DNA of 64,000 bases from an uncultured Verrucomicrobiae bacterium. Lineage in GTDB: Bacteria; Verrucomicrobiota; Verrucomicrobiia; Opitutales; JABDGR01. The notes beneath the pieces were generated by a model. The model was not told where the DNA came from, ran no database searches, and saw nothing but the letters and a program-made list of their open reading frames with translations. The stretch is taken from positions 320,001 to 384,000 of the forward strand of contig CAVXVB010000009.1 in NCBI GenBank assembly GCA_963765205.1, in the 5' to 3' direction. Shown here piece after piece: positions 1-10,440 of the stretch. Within the stretch, counting starts at the first letter, position 1, and every line of letters begins with the position of its first letter. The position numbers and the translations under genes are program-made.

Positions 1-672
1 CCGCACTGTTTCACGCACACCGTCGAGGTTGCGCGCGGCACGCAGACGATTTATATCCAGCACCTTGCCGCCTTGGCGGCGGCGGGATTCCCGGCGGCGG
101 CTCTGGCCGGCCCGGCGTTTCCCATTGAAATTCCGGAGACGACGGTGCAAAAAGTCGCGGCCCGACTGGGTGCGGAGCGCGCGTTTGTCCACGTCAGCCC
201 GTTTGCGACGCAGGATGAAAAGGAACTGCCCGCTGACACGCTGGCCGATTTTTTGAACGCCGCCGCCGCGGCCCGGCCCGATTTGGCCTGGGTGCTTTCG
301 ACCGCGCCCAATGAGCGTGAGCGCGCCAAGCTCGCCACGTTGCGCGCGAAACTAAAATTCGAACCGTGGAAAATCTTTCCCGGCGATTTGGATTTGGTGG
401 AGTTGACGGAAGTGATGCGGCGCGCGCGGCTGCACCTCGGCGGCGATTCCGGCGCGCTGCACGTTGCGCTGATGGCCGGCACACCCACGTTGTCCTGGTG
501 GCGTGATTATGCCGGGCGCGTCGAATGGATGCCGCAAGGCCCGCGGCACGCGGCGCTGGTGGGCCGCGCCGGGCCAATGGGCATCGAAGGAATCAGCGCC
601 CAGAGCGCATTGGCCACGTTTGCCGATCTCCTCCAGAAAACCGAATCCCAATCCGGCGGGCGCGCAACATGA
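1..672 (+). CDS. Glycosyltransferase family 9 (heptosyltransferase-like), 5'-truncated by window
   Basis: Open frame from base 1; GT9 C-terminal motif LHLGGDSGALHVALMAGTPT. Confidence 0.85.
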   Translation, partial: PHCFTHTVEVARGTQTIYIQHLAALAAAGFPAAALAGPAFPIEIPETTVQKVAARLGAERAFVHVSPFATQDEKELPADTLADFLNAAAAARPDLAWVLSTAPNERERAKLATLRAKLKFEPWKIFPGDLDLVELTEVMRRARLHLGGDSGALHVALMAGTPTLSWWRDYAGRVEWMPQGPRHAALVGRAGPMGIEGISAQSALATFADLLQKTESQSGGRAT

Positions 673-1499
673 AACTAAGCGTCGTCACTCCCAGTTTTAA
701 TTCCCTGCGCTGGCTGCCCGACTGCGTGGCCTCGGTGCGCCACGCCGGGGCCGGGCGGGACTTCGAACATTGGGTGGTGGACGGCGGCAGTCAGGATGGC
801 ACCGTGAAATTTTTACAAGATGACCCTGGCTTGCGCTGGCTCTCCGAACCCGACCGCGGGATGTATGACGCCCTGAACAAGGGGATTGCGCGCGCCACAG
901 GGGAAATCATCGGCCACCTCAATGCCGACGAACAATACAACCGCGCCGGCCTGCAGGCGGCTCTGGCTCTCTTGGAAGAGCAGCCCCAACTCGACGCTGT
1001 CTTCAGCCCCACCGTCATGGTTGACGCCGAGGGCGGTTTTTTGCAGTTGTTCAAGCAGGTGGTGGTTCCCACTTTGGCCGATGCCGAATGGTGCATGCCG
1101 GTGCAATCCTGCTCGTTGTTGTATCGCAAGCGCGTGTGGGACCGGCTGCCCTACGATGCGCGTTTCCGCCTGGTGGGCGACCATGTTTGGTTTTATGGCC
1201 AGATGAAGCTCGGCCTGCGCCTCGCGGTGGTGGGCGCGCCCATCGGGATTTTCACCTGGCGGGCGGATAATTTAAGCAACTCCAACCAAAGCGAGGATGC
1301 CTTCGAGGGCCGGCGGCGCAACACCTGGAGCACTAAGCTGGCCAAGCATTATTACCGTTTGCGCAAACTATGGGCCGGCGGCTATCGGCGCGATCCGGTG
1401 GATTATGAAATCGCGCAAGGAGGGAACGTCCGCCGCATTCACATCGAACGGCCCGCGCTTAAACTTGCGCCCGAGCGGTTGCGCGGCCGGTCGTCCTGA
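669..1499 (+). CDS. Glycosyltransferase family 2
   Basis: MKLSVVTPSFN...VVDGGSQDGT...EPDRGMYDALNKG...LNADE; ATGA overlap with upstream gene. Confidence 0.9.
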   Translation: MKLSVVTPSFNSLRWLPDCVASVRHAGAGRDFEHWVVDGGSQDGTVKFLQDDPGLRWLSEPDRGMYDALNKGIARATGEIIGHLNADEQYNRAGLQAALALLEEQPQLDAVFSPTVMVDAEGGFLQLFKQVVVPTLADAEWCMPVQSCSLLYRKRVWDRLPYDARFRLVGDHVWFYGQMKLGLRLAVVGAPIGIFTWRADNLSNSNQSEDAFEGRRRNTWSTKLAKHYYRLRKLWAGGYRRDPVDYEIAQGGNVRRIHIERPALKLAPERLRGRSS

Positions 1500-2399
1500 T
1501 TAGGCGTGTTTCTTGGAGACGGGCACGAGGGTGAGGCCCGGCAATTCCTGACGGCGAACCACCAACAGGCCGTCCACGGCGTAGGATTCCGCCGGAGTAT
1601 GCTCGGCCACGAGGGCGTAGTTATGCTCGCGCAGCAGAGCCAGGCAGGCGGTGTGGAGACTCTCCGAGTGGGTGGAGACGAAAAGGCAATCCACGCGGCG
1701 CTCGCGCAGCATCCGGTTCGCCCCGCGCAACATGGCCAGTTCGTGGCCTTGAATATCGCTGTGCAGCAGGTGGATGTGCTCGATCTGCAACCGGTCGGCC
1801 AGCCAGTCCACCGAAACCGTAGGCGCATCATAGGGATGGGTGCCATAATGATCGCCGAGATAGCCGCGAAAAAATTCGCCGGCGCAGCCATTGGTCGCAA
1901 AGTTCAGGCGGCCGGCGTTGAGGTTGGTCGCGCTGGGTTCCACCATGATATTGCGCGCCTGGGGAATCTGCTGATGGAACCAGAGCGAGTAAAACGCCCA
2001 ATAGGCGCCCAATTCGACCATGGTGGCGCCGGCCGGCATCTGTTTGAGCATTTCGGCAAAAACCCATTCCTCCTGGGGTTCATGCACGCCGCGGCTGGCC
2101 GCCAGCAGGCGCTGGGCGTGCCCCGTGTAATAGGAGCCGAGCGCGACGCGCACGCCGTTGTGCATCACTTGGTCGTGGCCGATAATGGCGCCCGCCTGGG
2201 GGTGGCGCGGCAACCGGCCCAAGTCGGGGCAGGCCAGCACATCGGCGATGCGATGGTCCCAATCCGCAGCTTCCGCCTTGGCGAGCAGCAGGGCGCGCAA
2301 ACGGTGTTTTTTTTCACGCCAACGGTCATGCGCGGACGACCCGCGGGGCGTCAGCGCGGTGAGCAAACGATACCAGGCGAGCTGACAGGCGGCATTCAC
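1500..2399 (-). CDS. FkbM-family SAM-dependent methyltransferase
   Basis: MVELGAYWAFYS SAM motif; LLHSDIQGHE motif typical of FkbM family. Confidence 0.75.
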   Translation of the reverse strand: MNAACQLAWYRLLTALTPRGSSAHDRWREKKHRLRALLLAKAEAADWDHRIADVLACPDLGRLPRHPQAGAIIGHDQVMHNGVRVALGSYYTGHAQRLLAASRGVHEPQEEWVFAEMLKQMPAGATMVELGAYWAFYSLWFHQQIPQARNIMVEPSATNLNAGRLNFATNGCAGEFFRGYLGDHYGTHPYDAPTVSVDWLADRLQIEHIHLLHSDIQGHELAMLRGANRMLRERRVDCLFVSTHSESLHTACLALLREHNYALVAEHTPAESYAVDGLLVVRRQELPGLTLVPVSKKHA

Positions 2400-2637
2400 G
2401 GGAGGGCGAGGTGGGGCGGGGACAAACAGCGCCGCAATTGGCGGCCAACAGTGATGGTTCTACCTGTAAATGCCAGTCGAAAATCAAGCCGTCACCTTGT
2501 CGTGGCTGCGGATCCGGGCTGAATTCGTCCAGTCCATGTTTCCACCACCCGGCGGAAATCCTTTTGGATTTGAGTTCTCCGGCCCGTCCCGGCAGATTCC
2601 CTTTCCGCCCGAATTCGATTCCTGGCCGGATTTCGTC

Positions 2638-3757
2638 ATGACCCCGCCCCTCCGCCCGCTCAAGTTGTATGCGGATCGAAATTATTTTCCACCCGGCGGC
2701 GAGCAAGTGCCGCTTTTGTTGCCTTTTTGGGGCGAGCAGTTGAGCAACTACTCCAATATCGAACTGGACGATCATCACGAACTGGAAACGCTCGGCGCGG
2801 AACTCTTTGAGCTGGCTTCGCTGGCGGAGTGCGACCTGGCGCTGTATCCCGCCTATTGGCGCGAAGGTGACGCCAATGAGCAGGCGCACCGCTTGGCGGC
2901 GCAAGCCAAAGCCGCGGGCAAACAGGCGCTGATTTTTTTCTGGAGCGATCTGGATGAACCCATTCCCGTGGATAACGCCATCGTTTACCGCACCTCGCTG
3001 ACCCGGAGCAGGCGGCGTCCAAACGAGCGAGTACCGCCGGCGCTGGTCAAGGATTGGGGGCTGGAAATGCACGCCGGGTCGCTGCGGTTGCGTGAATTCA
3101 GTTCGCGTCCGGTGGTTGGATTTTGCGGCTATGTGGCCAAACGCAAAAATGCGTTTCATAATCTGATCCATGCGGCTGCGGGCTTCGCTGCCGCTGGATC
3201 GCGCCTTGGCCCGGGTGGGCATCCGGCTGATTAAATCGCCCGCGGTGCGGCTGCGCACGCAGGCGGTGCGGTTGTTGCAACGCAGCCCGTTGTGCGGCAC
3301 GAATTTCCTCCTGCGCAGCGCCGGCTTCAACGGGGCCGTCGTGGATGGTCGTTGGGACGCGGAACTGGCCCGGCAGTCGCGCAGCGAGTTTTTTGACAAC
3401 ATGCTCGACAGCGACTACACGCTCTGTGTGCGCGGCGCGGGCAATTTTTCCCTGCGGTTTTACCAGACGCTTATGTGCGGGCGCATCCCCCTGTTGGTGG
3501 ATACCAATGGCGTATTGCCCGGCGAGGAATCCATCCCGTGGGACGACTACCTCGTGCGCGTCCCGGAGGCCGATTTGGCCTCGTTGCCCGAGCGCCTGCT
3601 CGCCTGGCACCGCCGGCTTAATCCGGAGCTTTTCCGGCAACGCCAGCAAGCCTCCCGCCGTCTGTGGGAGGAGCATTTTTCCGTGCCAGGATTTTTCCGC
3701 GAATTGAGCCGGCAGTTGCGGAAGGAATTGGCGCCAGCCAGGGCGGGTGAAGGTTGA
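2638..3757 (+). CDS. Exostosin-like (GT47) glycosyltransferase, split by a frameshift near 3150-3180
   Basis: ORF 2470-3234 (PVVGFCG) continues in another frame in ORF 3170-3757 with DYTLCVRGAGNFSLRFYQTLMCGRIPL. Confidence 0.75.
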
Positions 3758-3855
3758 ATATGGCCCAAAAATCCGACAAAAAAAGCGCGAGCACGCTTTC
3801 CGGGGAGCGAAATATGGTTGGCCCGAGCCTTGCTGCGTTTATAGTGTTGTTGCCC

Positions 3856-4551
3856 ATGCGGCTCCAGATTTTCCAGCATGTTGCCTTTGAGGGCCCCGGC
3901 GAAATCGCGAGCTGGGCGCGCGAGCGTGGCCATGAGTTGACGACGACGGCTTGGTATGACGGGGCGGGCGCGCCGGACTTGGTGGAGGTCGAGGGCCTGA
4001 TCGTGATGGGCGGGCCGATGAACATTTACGAGCACCGGTCGCACCCGTGGCTGCGGGCGGAAAAGGAATTTCTGGCGCGGGCGTTGGAGCACGGACGGCC
4101 GGTGGTGGGGGTGTGCCTGGGGGCGCAATTGCTGGCGGACGTGCTGGGTGGGCGCGTTTATCAGAATCCGGTGCGGGAGATTGGCTGGTGGCCGGTGCGC
4201 TGGCGGGCGGCGGCGCGGGCCACGCCGGGCTGGGATTTTCTGCCGCCGGTTTCGACGCCGTTGCATTGGCACGGCGACACGTTCAGTTTGCCGCCCGGTG
4301 CGCAATGGCTGGCGGAAACGGACGATTGCGCGCACCAGGCGTTTGCCTGGGGGCGGCTGGCGCTGGGCTTGCAGTTCCATCTCGAAACGAATGCGGCTGC
4401 GCTGGATGCGTTGATCAAAAATTGCGGCGATGAGTTGGCGCCCGGCGGCCCGCGCGTGCAAACGGAGGGGCAGTTGCGCGAAGGCCTGGCGCGCCAGCAA
4501 GGGGGGAATTTGCCGCTGTTGTGGAAGCTGCTGGATGCGTGGTTTTCGTGA
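3856..4551 (+). CDS. Type 1 glutamine amidotransferase
   Basis: QHVAFEGPG, MGGPM, GVCLGAQL (Cys nucleophile), LQFHLE. Confidence 0.9.
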   Translation: MRLQIFQHVAFEGPGEIASWARERGHELTTTAWYDGAGAPDLVEVEGLIVMGGPMNIYEHRSHPWLRAEKEFLARALEHGRPVVGVCLGAQLLADVLGGRVYQNPVREIGWWPVRWRAAARATPGWDFLPPVSTPLHWHGDTFSLPPGAQWLAETDDCAHQAFAWGRLALGLQFHLETNAAALDALIKNCGDELAPGGPRVQTEGQLREGLARQQGGNLPLLWKLLDAWFS

Positions 4552-4652
4552 CGATGCGGGAGACGGCTTTATGCTTGCGCGCGGGGCGGGGAAAGGTGAT
4601 AGTCAGCAACCCTCCGGCGCTCCGCGTGCCGGCGGTTTGGTGAAAATCACAC

Positions 4653-4745
4653 GGAGAGATGGCCGAGTGGTCTAAGGCGCTGGTTTGCTAAACCGGTGTA
4701 GTGCCAAAAGCGCTACCGAGGGTTCGAATCCCTCTCTCTCCGCCA
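4653..4745 (+). tRNA. tRNA-Ser(GCT)
   Basis: GGAGAGA/TCTCTCC acceptor stem, anticodon loop TTGCTAA, long variable arm, GGTTCGAATCC T-loop, G discriminator, encoded CCA. Confidence 0.97.
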
Positions 4746-5025
4746 GTTTTATAACTGGCTTTATTGCAATGAGATACATTAAACTTGAATCCTTAATTTT
4801 CGCAAAGTGACAATATAAATGACAATAATTTGCCTATGGAGAACATTGTCGCAGATTGACTTTTGACTAGCGCCTTAGACAGGATAAAAAAAATGTCCGT
4901 GGAGAGACGTGGACAACGCGCAAAAGACTTCGGCTTGAGCAAATCCGCCGCGGATTTGTCCCGACGAATCATGCCGTCAGGCAGGAACGGGTCAATGCCG
5001 TTCATACACAGCATTTGGGCACAAA

Positions 5026-5054
5026 AAAACCTCCCCTGCATGATGGGAGGTTTT
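5026..5054. terminator. Hairpin with A/T tails (possible bidirectional terminator)
   Basis: AAAACCTCCC-N9-GGGAGGTTTT. Confidence 0.55.
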
Positions 5055-5111
5055 GCTAACCTAAGATTGATACTATTTGGTATTATGTTTCTGACGCTTT
5101 GATGCTATACG

Positions 5112-5211
5112 TTCAACGAATATATTCTCTGACAAAATTCGGAACGGCAGGGGAGAGTTGATACTAGATCTTCAACGAATTTTTCTCTGACAAAATTCGA
5201 AACGGAAGGGG
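5112..5211 (+). repeat. Two ~42-bp imperfect direct repeats, period 59
   Basis: TTCAACGAATATATTCTCTGACAAAATTCGGAACGGCAGGGG and TTCAACGAATTTTTCTCTGACAAAATTCGAAACGGAAGGGG. Confidence 0.85.
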
Positions 5212-5745
5212 CGCAAATCCGCTCTATTATCGGCGGGATGAGATATTGGCGAAGGCAATATGAAGACAGTCGGATATGTCTACTCTGGTCTTAATGTGGC
5301 AAGGCGACCTAAGACAATAATCCATATTTAACTGCTTGATTTTGAGGTGCTTGCGTCTTAACTTAGAACATGTTACAACTACCGCAGGTTGCTTCTTCAT
5401 GAGGGTCTTTCATGTGAGGAGTTTTCCGAGTTTGGGCGTCAAGCAGACTCCAAGCGGGGTTCAGCGCGACACGCTGGACCTTTTTTGTAGCCTGCAATGC
5501 AACTAACAACTGCAATCACTATCGAACTGTCACAGAACGAATATCCAATTTCTTGGATTGCGATTACAATGCCATGACTATGTCCAAAAGTCAAACGCTC
5601 GTTTGGACAAGATATTCACAAATTCACTGAGTGTTTTTGTGAAGATCAGTGACTAATTTGTCGGCGACCCCCTTGGGGGAGGAACTCTGGCAAGGGGGAT
5701 GGGGGTGTCGGGGCAGCCGCTTCTTACCCCCTGTGGTCTTACACG

Positions 5746-5774
5746 AAAAAAGCCCCGCTTTCGCGGGGCTTTTT
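5746..5774. terminator. Bidirectional rho-independent terminator
   Basis: AAAAAAGCCCCGC-TTTC-GCGGGGCTTTTT. Confidence 0.85.
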
Positions 5775-6036
5775 CCTAGCTTTTGTAGAGATTAGAACTC
5801 TGCAAGACGCTCACCCATGGCCTTGAACTTGTAGCCCGGCTTGATGGGCGAGATGCAATTGTTTCTTCTTTGACCAGGAAGGCCGGCGGGGGCCGGGGCC
5901 GTCCCGCCATGCGGGACGGCCTCCGGCCCGCCCCCGGCCAATCCACCGGAAGGCGCGGCATTCATCGGGAGCCTCCTTGCGCCGCGGGTATCGAGAGCGG
6001 TCTTGCATTTTTGCCGAAATCCGCAATGATACGGGC

Positions 6037-6285
6037 ATGAAAGCCGCTCGACAGGCTCACGGTGGCCGCAGGGTTTACCATTCCGACCCGGAGATCATGC
6101 ATGGCGAAGTCGTGTTCGTCGGCACGCGGGTGCCCGTGCGCAGCTTGTTCGACCACCTGGAGCAGGGTTTCACGATTGATGGATTTCTCTATGACTTCCC
6201 GTCGGTAAAGCGTGCGCAATGTCTGGCCGTACTGGAGGAATCCAAGCAACACACGGAGGAGACGGCCCTTGCGCATACTCCTTGA
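6037..6285 (+). CDS. DUF433-family antitoxin
   Basis: DPEIMHGEVVFVGTRVPV...FLYDFPSV; overlaps downstream PIN gene. Confidence 0.85.
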   Translation: MKAARQAHGGRRVYHSDPEIMHGEVVFVGTRVPVRSLFDHLEQGFTIDGFLYDFPSVKRAQCLAVLEESKQHTEETALAHTP

Positions 6286-6589
6286 TGAGAACCTGCCCTG
6301 GGCGCTGGGAACGTTTTTGCCCGGCCACGAATACAACACCGTGGTGCGCATGGGCTGGGGCGGCGTCAAAAACGGAAAGTTGCTGGCGCTGGCCCAGAAA
6401 CAGTTCGACATCTTCCTGTCGGTAGATCGTGGCCTGCCGTTTGAGCAGAACCTCCCCAAGTTCGACATCGCCATCTTTTTGCTCCGCGCGCGCAGCAACT
6501 CCTTGCCGGACTTACGACCGCTGGTGTCGGCAATTTTAATCGCGGCGCAACGGCCCCAGAAGCGCGCGCTGACCATTATTGAGCTTTGA
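6269..6589 (+). CDS. DUF5615/PIN-like toxin (VapC45-type)
   Basis: TTG start, RILLDENLP...GWGGVKNGKLL...FLSVDRGLPFEQNL. Confidence 0.85.
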   Translation: MRILLDENLPWALGTFLPGHEYNTVVRMGWGGVKNGKLLALAQKQFDIFLSVDRGLPFEQNLPKFDIAIFLLRARSNSLPDLRPLVSAILIAAQRPQKRALTIIEL

Positions 6590-6963
6590 CGGCTCATGGC
6601 CGGCCTCCTTGCGCCGCGTCAACGAGCGCGAGGATGGCCGCGCGGATATGCTCGGGTAGATTTGCCCAAGCCAGGACAACCTTGGACAGGGCTTCCCCAG
6701 GCTGGCCGGAACTTGGTGGTAAGGCGCGGGGTGGGGCCTTTTTCTGAAATTTTGCAATCTTGCCTCTGGCAGTTACTTCTGATTTTGTCCCGGTAGATTC
6801 GAACTCCGCCAGTTTACGATTTGTTGATTTTCACCCTGCGGGGCGATAACGGGTGCGGGGTCGGGGGCCTTCTTAATGGTTGCAAATTTCGCGGGGGGCG
6901 TTTCTTGTGGTTTTTTCCCGCCGAAATCGAATTCCGTAACAAATCCACGAAAGAGCATGCTTC

Positions 6964-8079
6964 ATGCGCGCCAAAATATCCGTCATGCTGTCTGAAGTGC
7001 TGTTTTCCGCGCTGCTGCTTTCGTCGCTCGCGGCGCAAACAACCAACGCCGGGCCGGCGGTGCCCGTCACGGGGTCCGGTCCGATTCACCTGGCGGGATT
7101 TTGGAGTTTTCGCATGAAAACGACGGGTTCGTCTACAGCGACCGCGATTTCACGAGCGGTTTGCGCCTGTCCTACACAACGCCGAATTATGCCGGACTGG
7201 TCGGCGGTGCCGCTGGTGCCGGCCTGGTATGGCGACTTTTTCGACGGCATCAGCTTCCTGGACGCCAGCACTGCGGTGGCCTCCGCCGGGGTTTACGCCC
7301 AGCAGAATATGTATACGCCGAACAACAATAACCTGAATCCGCCGGACCCGAACGATTACCCCTACTCCGGCTGGGTGGGTTTGGGGACGGACCTGATTCG
7401 GCAAACGGCGGATCGCCGCGCGATTTTTGAGGCCAACGTGGGCTGGGTCGGCCCGTATTCCGGCGCGGAAGATTTGCAAGATGCCTTCCATTCGTTGATT
7501 GGCTCCCATAAATTTCAGGGCTGGGACGACCAGCTCAAAAACGAGCCGGTCTTGCAATTTGCCTACCAGCAGGATTGGCGGCTGGCCGCGTTGTCGAACC
7601 TCAACGCGGCGACGCCGGGCTCGTTTTGTTACGACTTTATTCCGCACGTCCGGGCGACGGTTGGCAATGGCTGGGACTACGCGGCGGCGGGCTTCGTGGC
7701 GCGCTGGGGCTACCAAGTGCCGATGGATTTCGGTCCGGCGCGGATGCGACTCGGGGATATTGACAGCGCGCCCTATGCGGCGCCGGGCGCGGGGAAAAGT
7801 TCCGGCGGGGATTGGTCGCTGGACGCGCTGTCGGCCTATGTGTGTTTTGGCGCGGAAGGCCGGGCGGTGGCGCGGGACATCACGCTTGACGGCAACACCC
7901 TGGCCAACAGCGCGAGCGTGGTGCACAAGCCGTTCGTCGGCGAAGTTTACACGGGGTTGGTGACGCAATATAAGAACTTTCGCGCTTCCATGCTGTTCAT
8001 TTACGAATCAGACACCTTCGATTCGCAACCCCAGCCCGGCCAATGGCGCGGCGCTTTGACCCTGGGCTGGCAATTTTAG
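6964..8079 (+). CDS. LpxR-like (DUF2219) outer-membrane beta-barrel, copy 1; two compensating frameshifts near 7088 and 7190
   Basis: ENDGFVYSDRDFTSGLRL lies in an alternate frame; YTP...PYSGW, GWDDQLKNEP, RDITLDGN; C-terminal Phe; paralog of 18057-19172. Confidence 0.8.
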   Translation: MRAKISVMLSEVLFSALLLSSLAAQTTNAGPAVPVTGSGPIHLAGFWSFRMKTTGSSTATAISRAVCACPTQRRIMPDWSAVPLVPAWYGDFFDGISFLDASTAVASAGVYAQQNMYTPNNNNLNPPDPNDYPYSGWVGLGTDLIRQTADRRAIFEANVGWVGPYSGAEDLQDAFHSLIGSHKFQGWDDQLKNEPVLQFAYQQDWRLAALSNLNAATPGSFCYDFIPHVRATVGNGWDYAAAGFVARWGYQVPMDFGPARMRLGDIDSAPYAAPGAGKSSGGDWSLDALSAYVCFGAEGRAVARDITLDGNTLANSASVVHKPFVGEVYTGLVTQYKNFRASMLFIYESDTFDSQPQPGQWRGALTLGWQF

Positions 8080-8179
8080 GGCTGAACGAGAATGCGCCGC
8101 TTGGGCAGTTTTTTCGAAACCGGTGTAGATTCGGGGGGCATGACAATTTCGACGCATGTGCTGAACCGCTGGCCAGACC

Positions 8180-8827
8180 ATGACTTTATTGGAATATATC
8201 CTCCTCGCCACGAGTTCGCTCTTTGTGATCGTGGATCCCTTGGCGGCGGTGCCGGCGTTTATCGCGATGACGCCGTCCAACACCCCGGCGGAGCGCGGCC
8301 GCATGGCCCGGTTGGCGGCGCTGGTGATGGCGGGGGTGCTGCTGGCTTTTGCCCTGGCCGGGCGGTGGATTTTCCGGTTTCTCGGCATCACCATGCCGGC
8401 TTTTGAGATTGCCGCGAGCATCGTGCTCCTGCTGGTGGCGCTCGACATGCTGCGGGCCCAGCGTTCGCGGGTGCTGGAAACGCGCGAGGAGACGGACGCG
8501 GGCATGGCGAAACTGGACATCGCGGTGACGCCCCTGGCCATCCCCATGCTGTCCGGTCCCGGCGCCATTTCGACCGTCATTCTGTTGCAGAACCAGGCGC
8601 AGAATTTGTCGCAGGAGGTGGGCTTGTGCGTCAGTATCTTGGCCGTGGCTGCGGCCACTTACACGATTTTGCGGATATCAGCGCACGGCATGAAATGGCT
8701 CAGCCCCATTGCCTTGAACATCGCCATCCGGATCATGGGGCTGCTGCTGGCAGCCGTGGCCGTCCAATTCATGATCAATGGCATTCTGGCCGTGCATTCG
8801 CTTTGGCTGGCCCAGCCCGCGGGGTGA
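8180..8827 (+). CDS. MarC-family membrane protein
   Basis: LFVIVDPL...DIAVTPLAIPMLSGPGAI...RIMGLLLAAVAVQF. Confidence 0.9.
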   Translation: MTLLEYILLATSSLFVIVDPLAAVPAFIAMTPSNTPAERGRMARLAALVMAGVLLAFALAGRWIFRFLGITMPAFEIAASIVLLLVALDMLRAQRSRVLETREETDAGMAKLDIAVTPLAIPMLSGPGAISTVILLQNQAQNLSQEVGLCVSILAVAAATYTILRISAHGMKWLSPIALNIAIRIMGLLLAAVAVQFMINGILAVHSLWLAQPAG

Positions 8828-8845
8828 ATTTGCGACAAACGCCGG

Positions 8846-9354
8846 TTACTCCTGGGGGCCTGCAATCATCATGGGCGTGGCGCCGGCGGAGGGCGGCGGA
8901 ATTTTGCGCACATTCACATGCGAAAGCAGTTTCCACCCGCCGCCGGTTTGCACAAAAACATCCAGGCGCGGGGTGGCTTCCTTCGCCAGGCGCGCGGCGG
9001 CAATCGTTTCGCCGACCTGGCATTGATAGGTCACCAATAGCACATCGCCCTGGCGCGTGACTTTGTAGTCGGAAAGAACATAGGGGGTGAGCTTGAGTTT
9101 GGCCACCAGCAGCCGTTCCGCCGCCCAGCCGCGGGCGCCATCCTCGTGCAGGCTTTGGAAGCCGGGGGCGACAAACTGGTCGAGATCCGCGATATCGGGT
9201 TGCGCAAAGTCCGCCCACAACTTTTCAACCTGCTGCTGGCCCAAGGCGTTGTCGGCGGCGCTGGTCGGGGCGGAGCCATCCCGCAGCGGAAGGTGACGTC
9301 CGCAGCGGGGCTGACGGCGAGCGCGAGGCTCAGGGCGATAATGAGTTTATTCAT
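8846..9354 (-). CDS. Exported NTF2-like/DUF4440 protein, frameshift near 9275-9310
   Basis: Signal peptide MNKLIIALSLALAVS in one frame; SnoaL/NTF2-like body ending GGWKLLSH in another. Confidence 0.6.
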
Positions 9355-9422
9355 AAATTAATTATTTTCGGTGTGGGAATTAAACTTCAGTGGTTCCTGA
9401 ATTTTTTAACGGATCGCGCCGG

Positions 9423-9848
9423 TCAGGGCGACGGAAACCGGGGTTCATAGACGGATGTCTCCTGAAATAGAATCACATGGTTGGGGCCCGCCTCCCAGAC
9501 GGTGTCGTTGAGCAGGAATTTGATTTCCCGCGGAGCGTGGTCCTCCGGATAAGTCCAGACCCACTGGCTGTCGGTGAGGCAGGCCATGGGCACCCCCAGA
9601 TCCCAACACAGGCCGCCGCCGTCGCCTCGCAGGTAGAGCGCGTTGCCCCAGCCCACGTTGATATGGGCGATGATGCGATTTTGCTTCTTGGGCGGGGGCA
9701 TCGAGGCCGGCAATTTCCTGGCCGGAGCGCTGGGCACGGAGGCTGGGGGCGCGGCCTTGGGCGTGGCCGCCGCCGAACCGGGAGTCGCCAAGGTTTTGCG
9801 TCGGGTGGCGGGGGCGGCTGCGGCAATCGTATTCATGGGCTGTCTCAT
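9423..9848 (-). CDS. Hypothetical protein: low-complexity N-terminus plus CBM20-like beta domain
   Basis: IIAHINVGWGNALYLRGDGGGL.W..GVPM...KFLLND..WE.GPNH. Confidence 0.6.
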   Translation of the reverse strand: MRQPMNTIAAAAPATRRKTLATPGSAAATPKAAPPASVPSAPARKLPASMPPPKKQNRIIAHINVGWGNALYLRGDGGGLCWDLGVPMACLTDSQWVWTYPEDHAPREIKFLLNDTVWEAGPNHVILFQETSVYEPRFPSP

Positions 9849-9941
9849 GGATGAATTCTGGTTTCGTGGTGGATGCGCGGAGTCCAGCGTTTAAAAGTGG
9901 TCGTGGCGGCGGTAAAAAAGCCGCCGCCACGACCCCGGTGG

Positions 9942-10398
9942 TCAGGCGATTTTAACTTCAATTTGCTTGGGTTTGGCTTTTTCGCCCTTGGGCAGGTGGA
10001 CGCGCAACAGGCCGTCCTTGAACTCGGCGTTCACCTTGCCGGCGTCCGCGTCTTCCGGCACGCTGAAGCTGCGGTGGTAACTGCCGTAGGCGCGCTCCAC
10101 CCGGTGGTATTTCTTGCCCTTCTCCTCCTTCTCGAACTTGCGTTCGCCGGAGATGGAGAGCACGCCGTTTTCGACGCTGACGTGGACATCCTCCTTTTTG
10201 ACGTTCGGGCAATTCCGCCTTGATGGCGTATTCCTTGTCGTCCTCGGTGACGTCCACCAACGGCGACCACTTGGCCACGGTCAGGGATTCCTCCTGGCCA
10301 TTGCCGGGCAGGGACGCCGCGCGATTGAAGAGGGTGGAGAGGCGGTTTTGCGCGTCCTCCAACTCTCTGAATGGATTCCAACGAACGAGTGTATTCAT
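9942..10398 (-). CDS. Hsp20/alpha-crystallin small heat-shock protein, +1 frameshift near 10204
   Basis: WNPFRELED...PLVDVTEDDKEYAIKAELP / ISGERK...HRVERAYGSYHRSF...FKDGLL. Confidence 0.9.
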
Positions 10399-10440
10399 GG
10401 TTTTATTTTCCAGTTGAGGTGATGCAAACAAAAATTTGGC

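Noticed and set aside
5112..5211. Possible CRISPR array
   Set aside because: Only two imperfect repeats, 17-nt spacer, no cas genes
10190..10215. Programmed ribosomal frameshift in Hsp20
   Set aside because: No clear stimulatory structure; a single-base insertion like others in the window explains it
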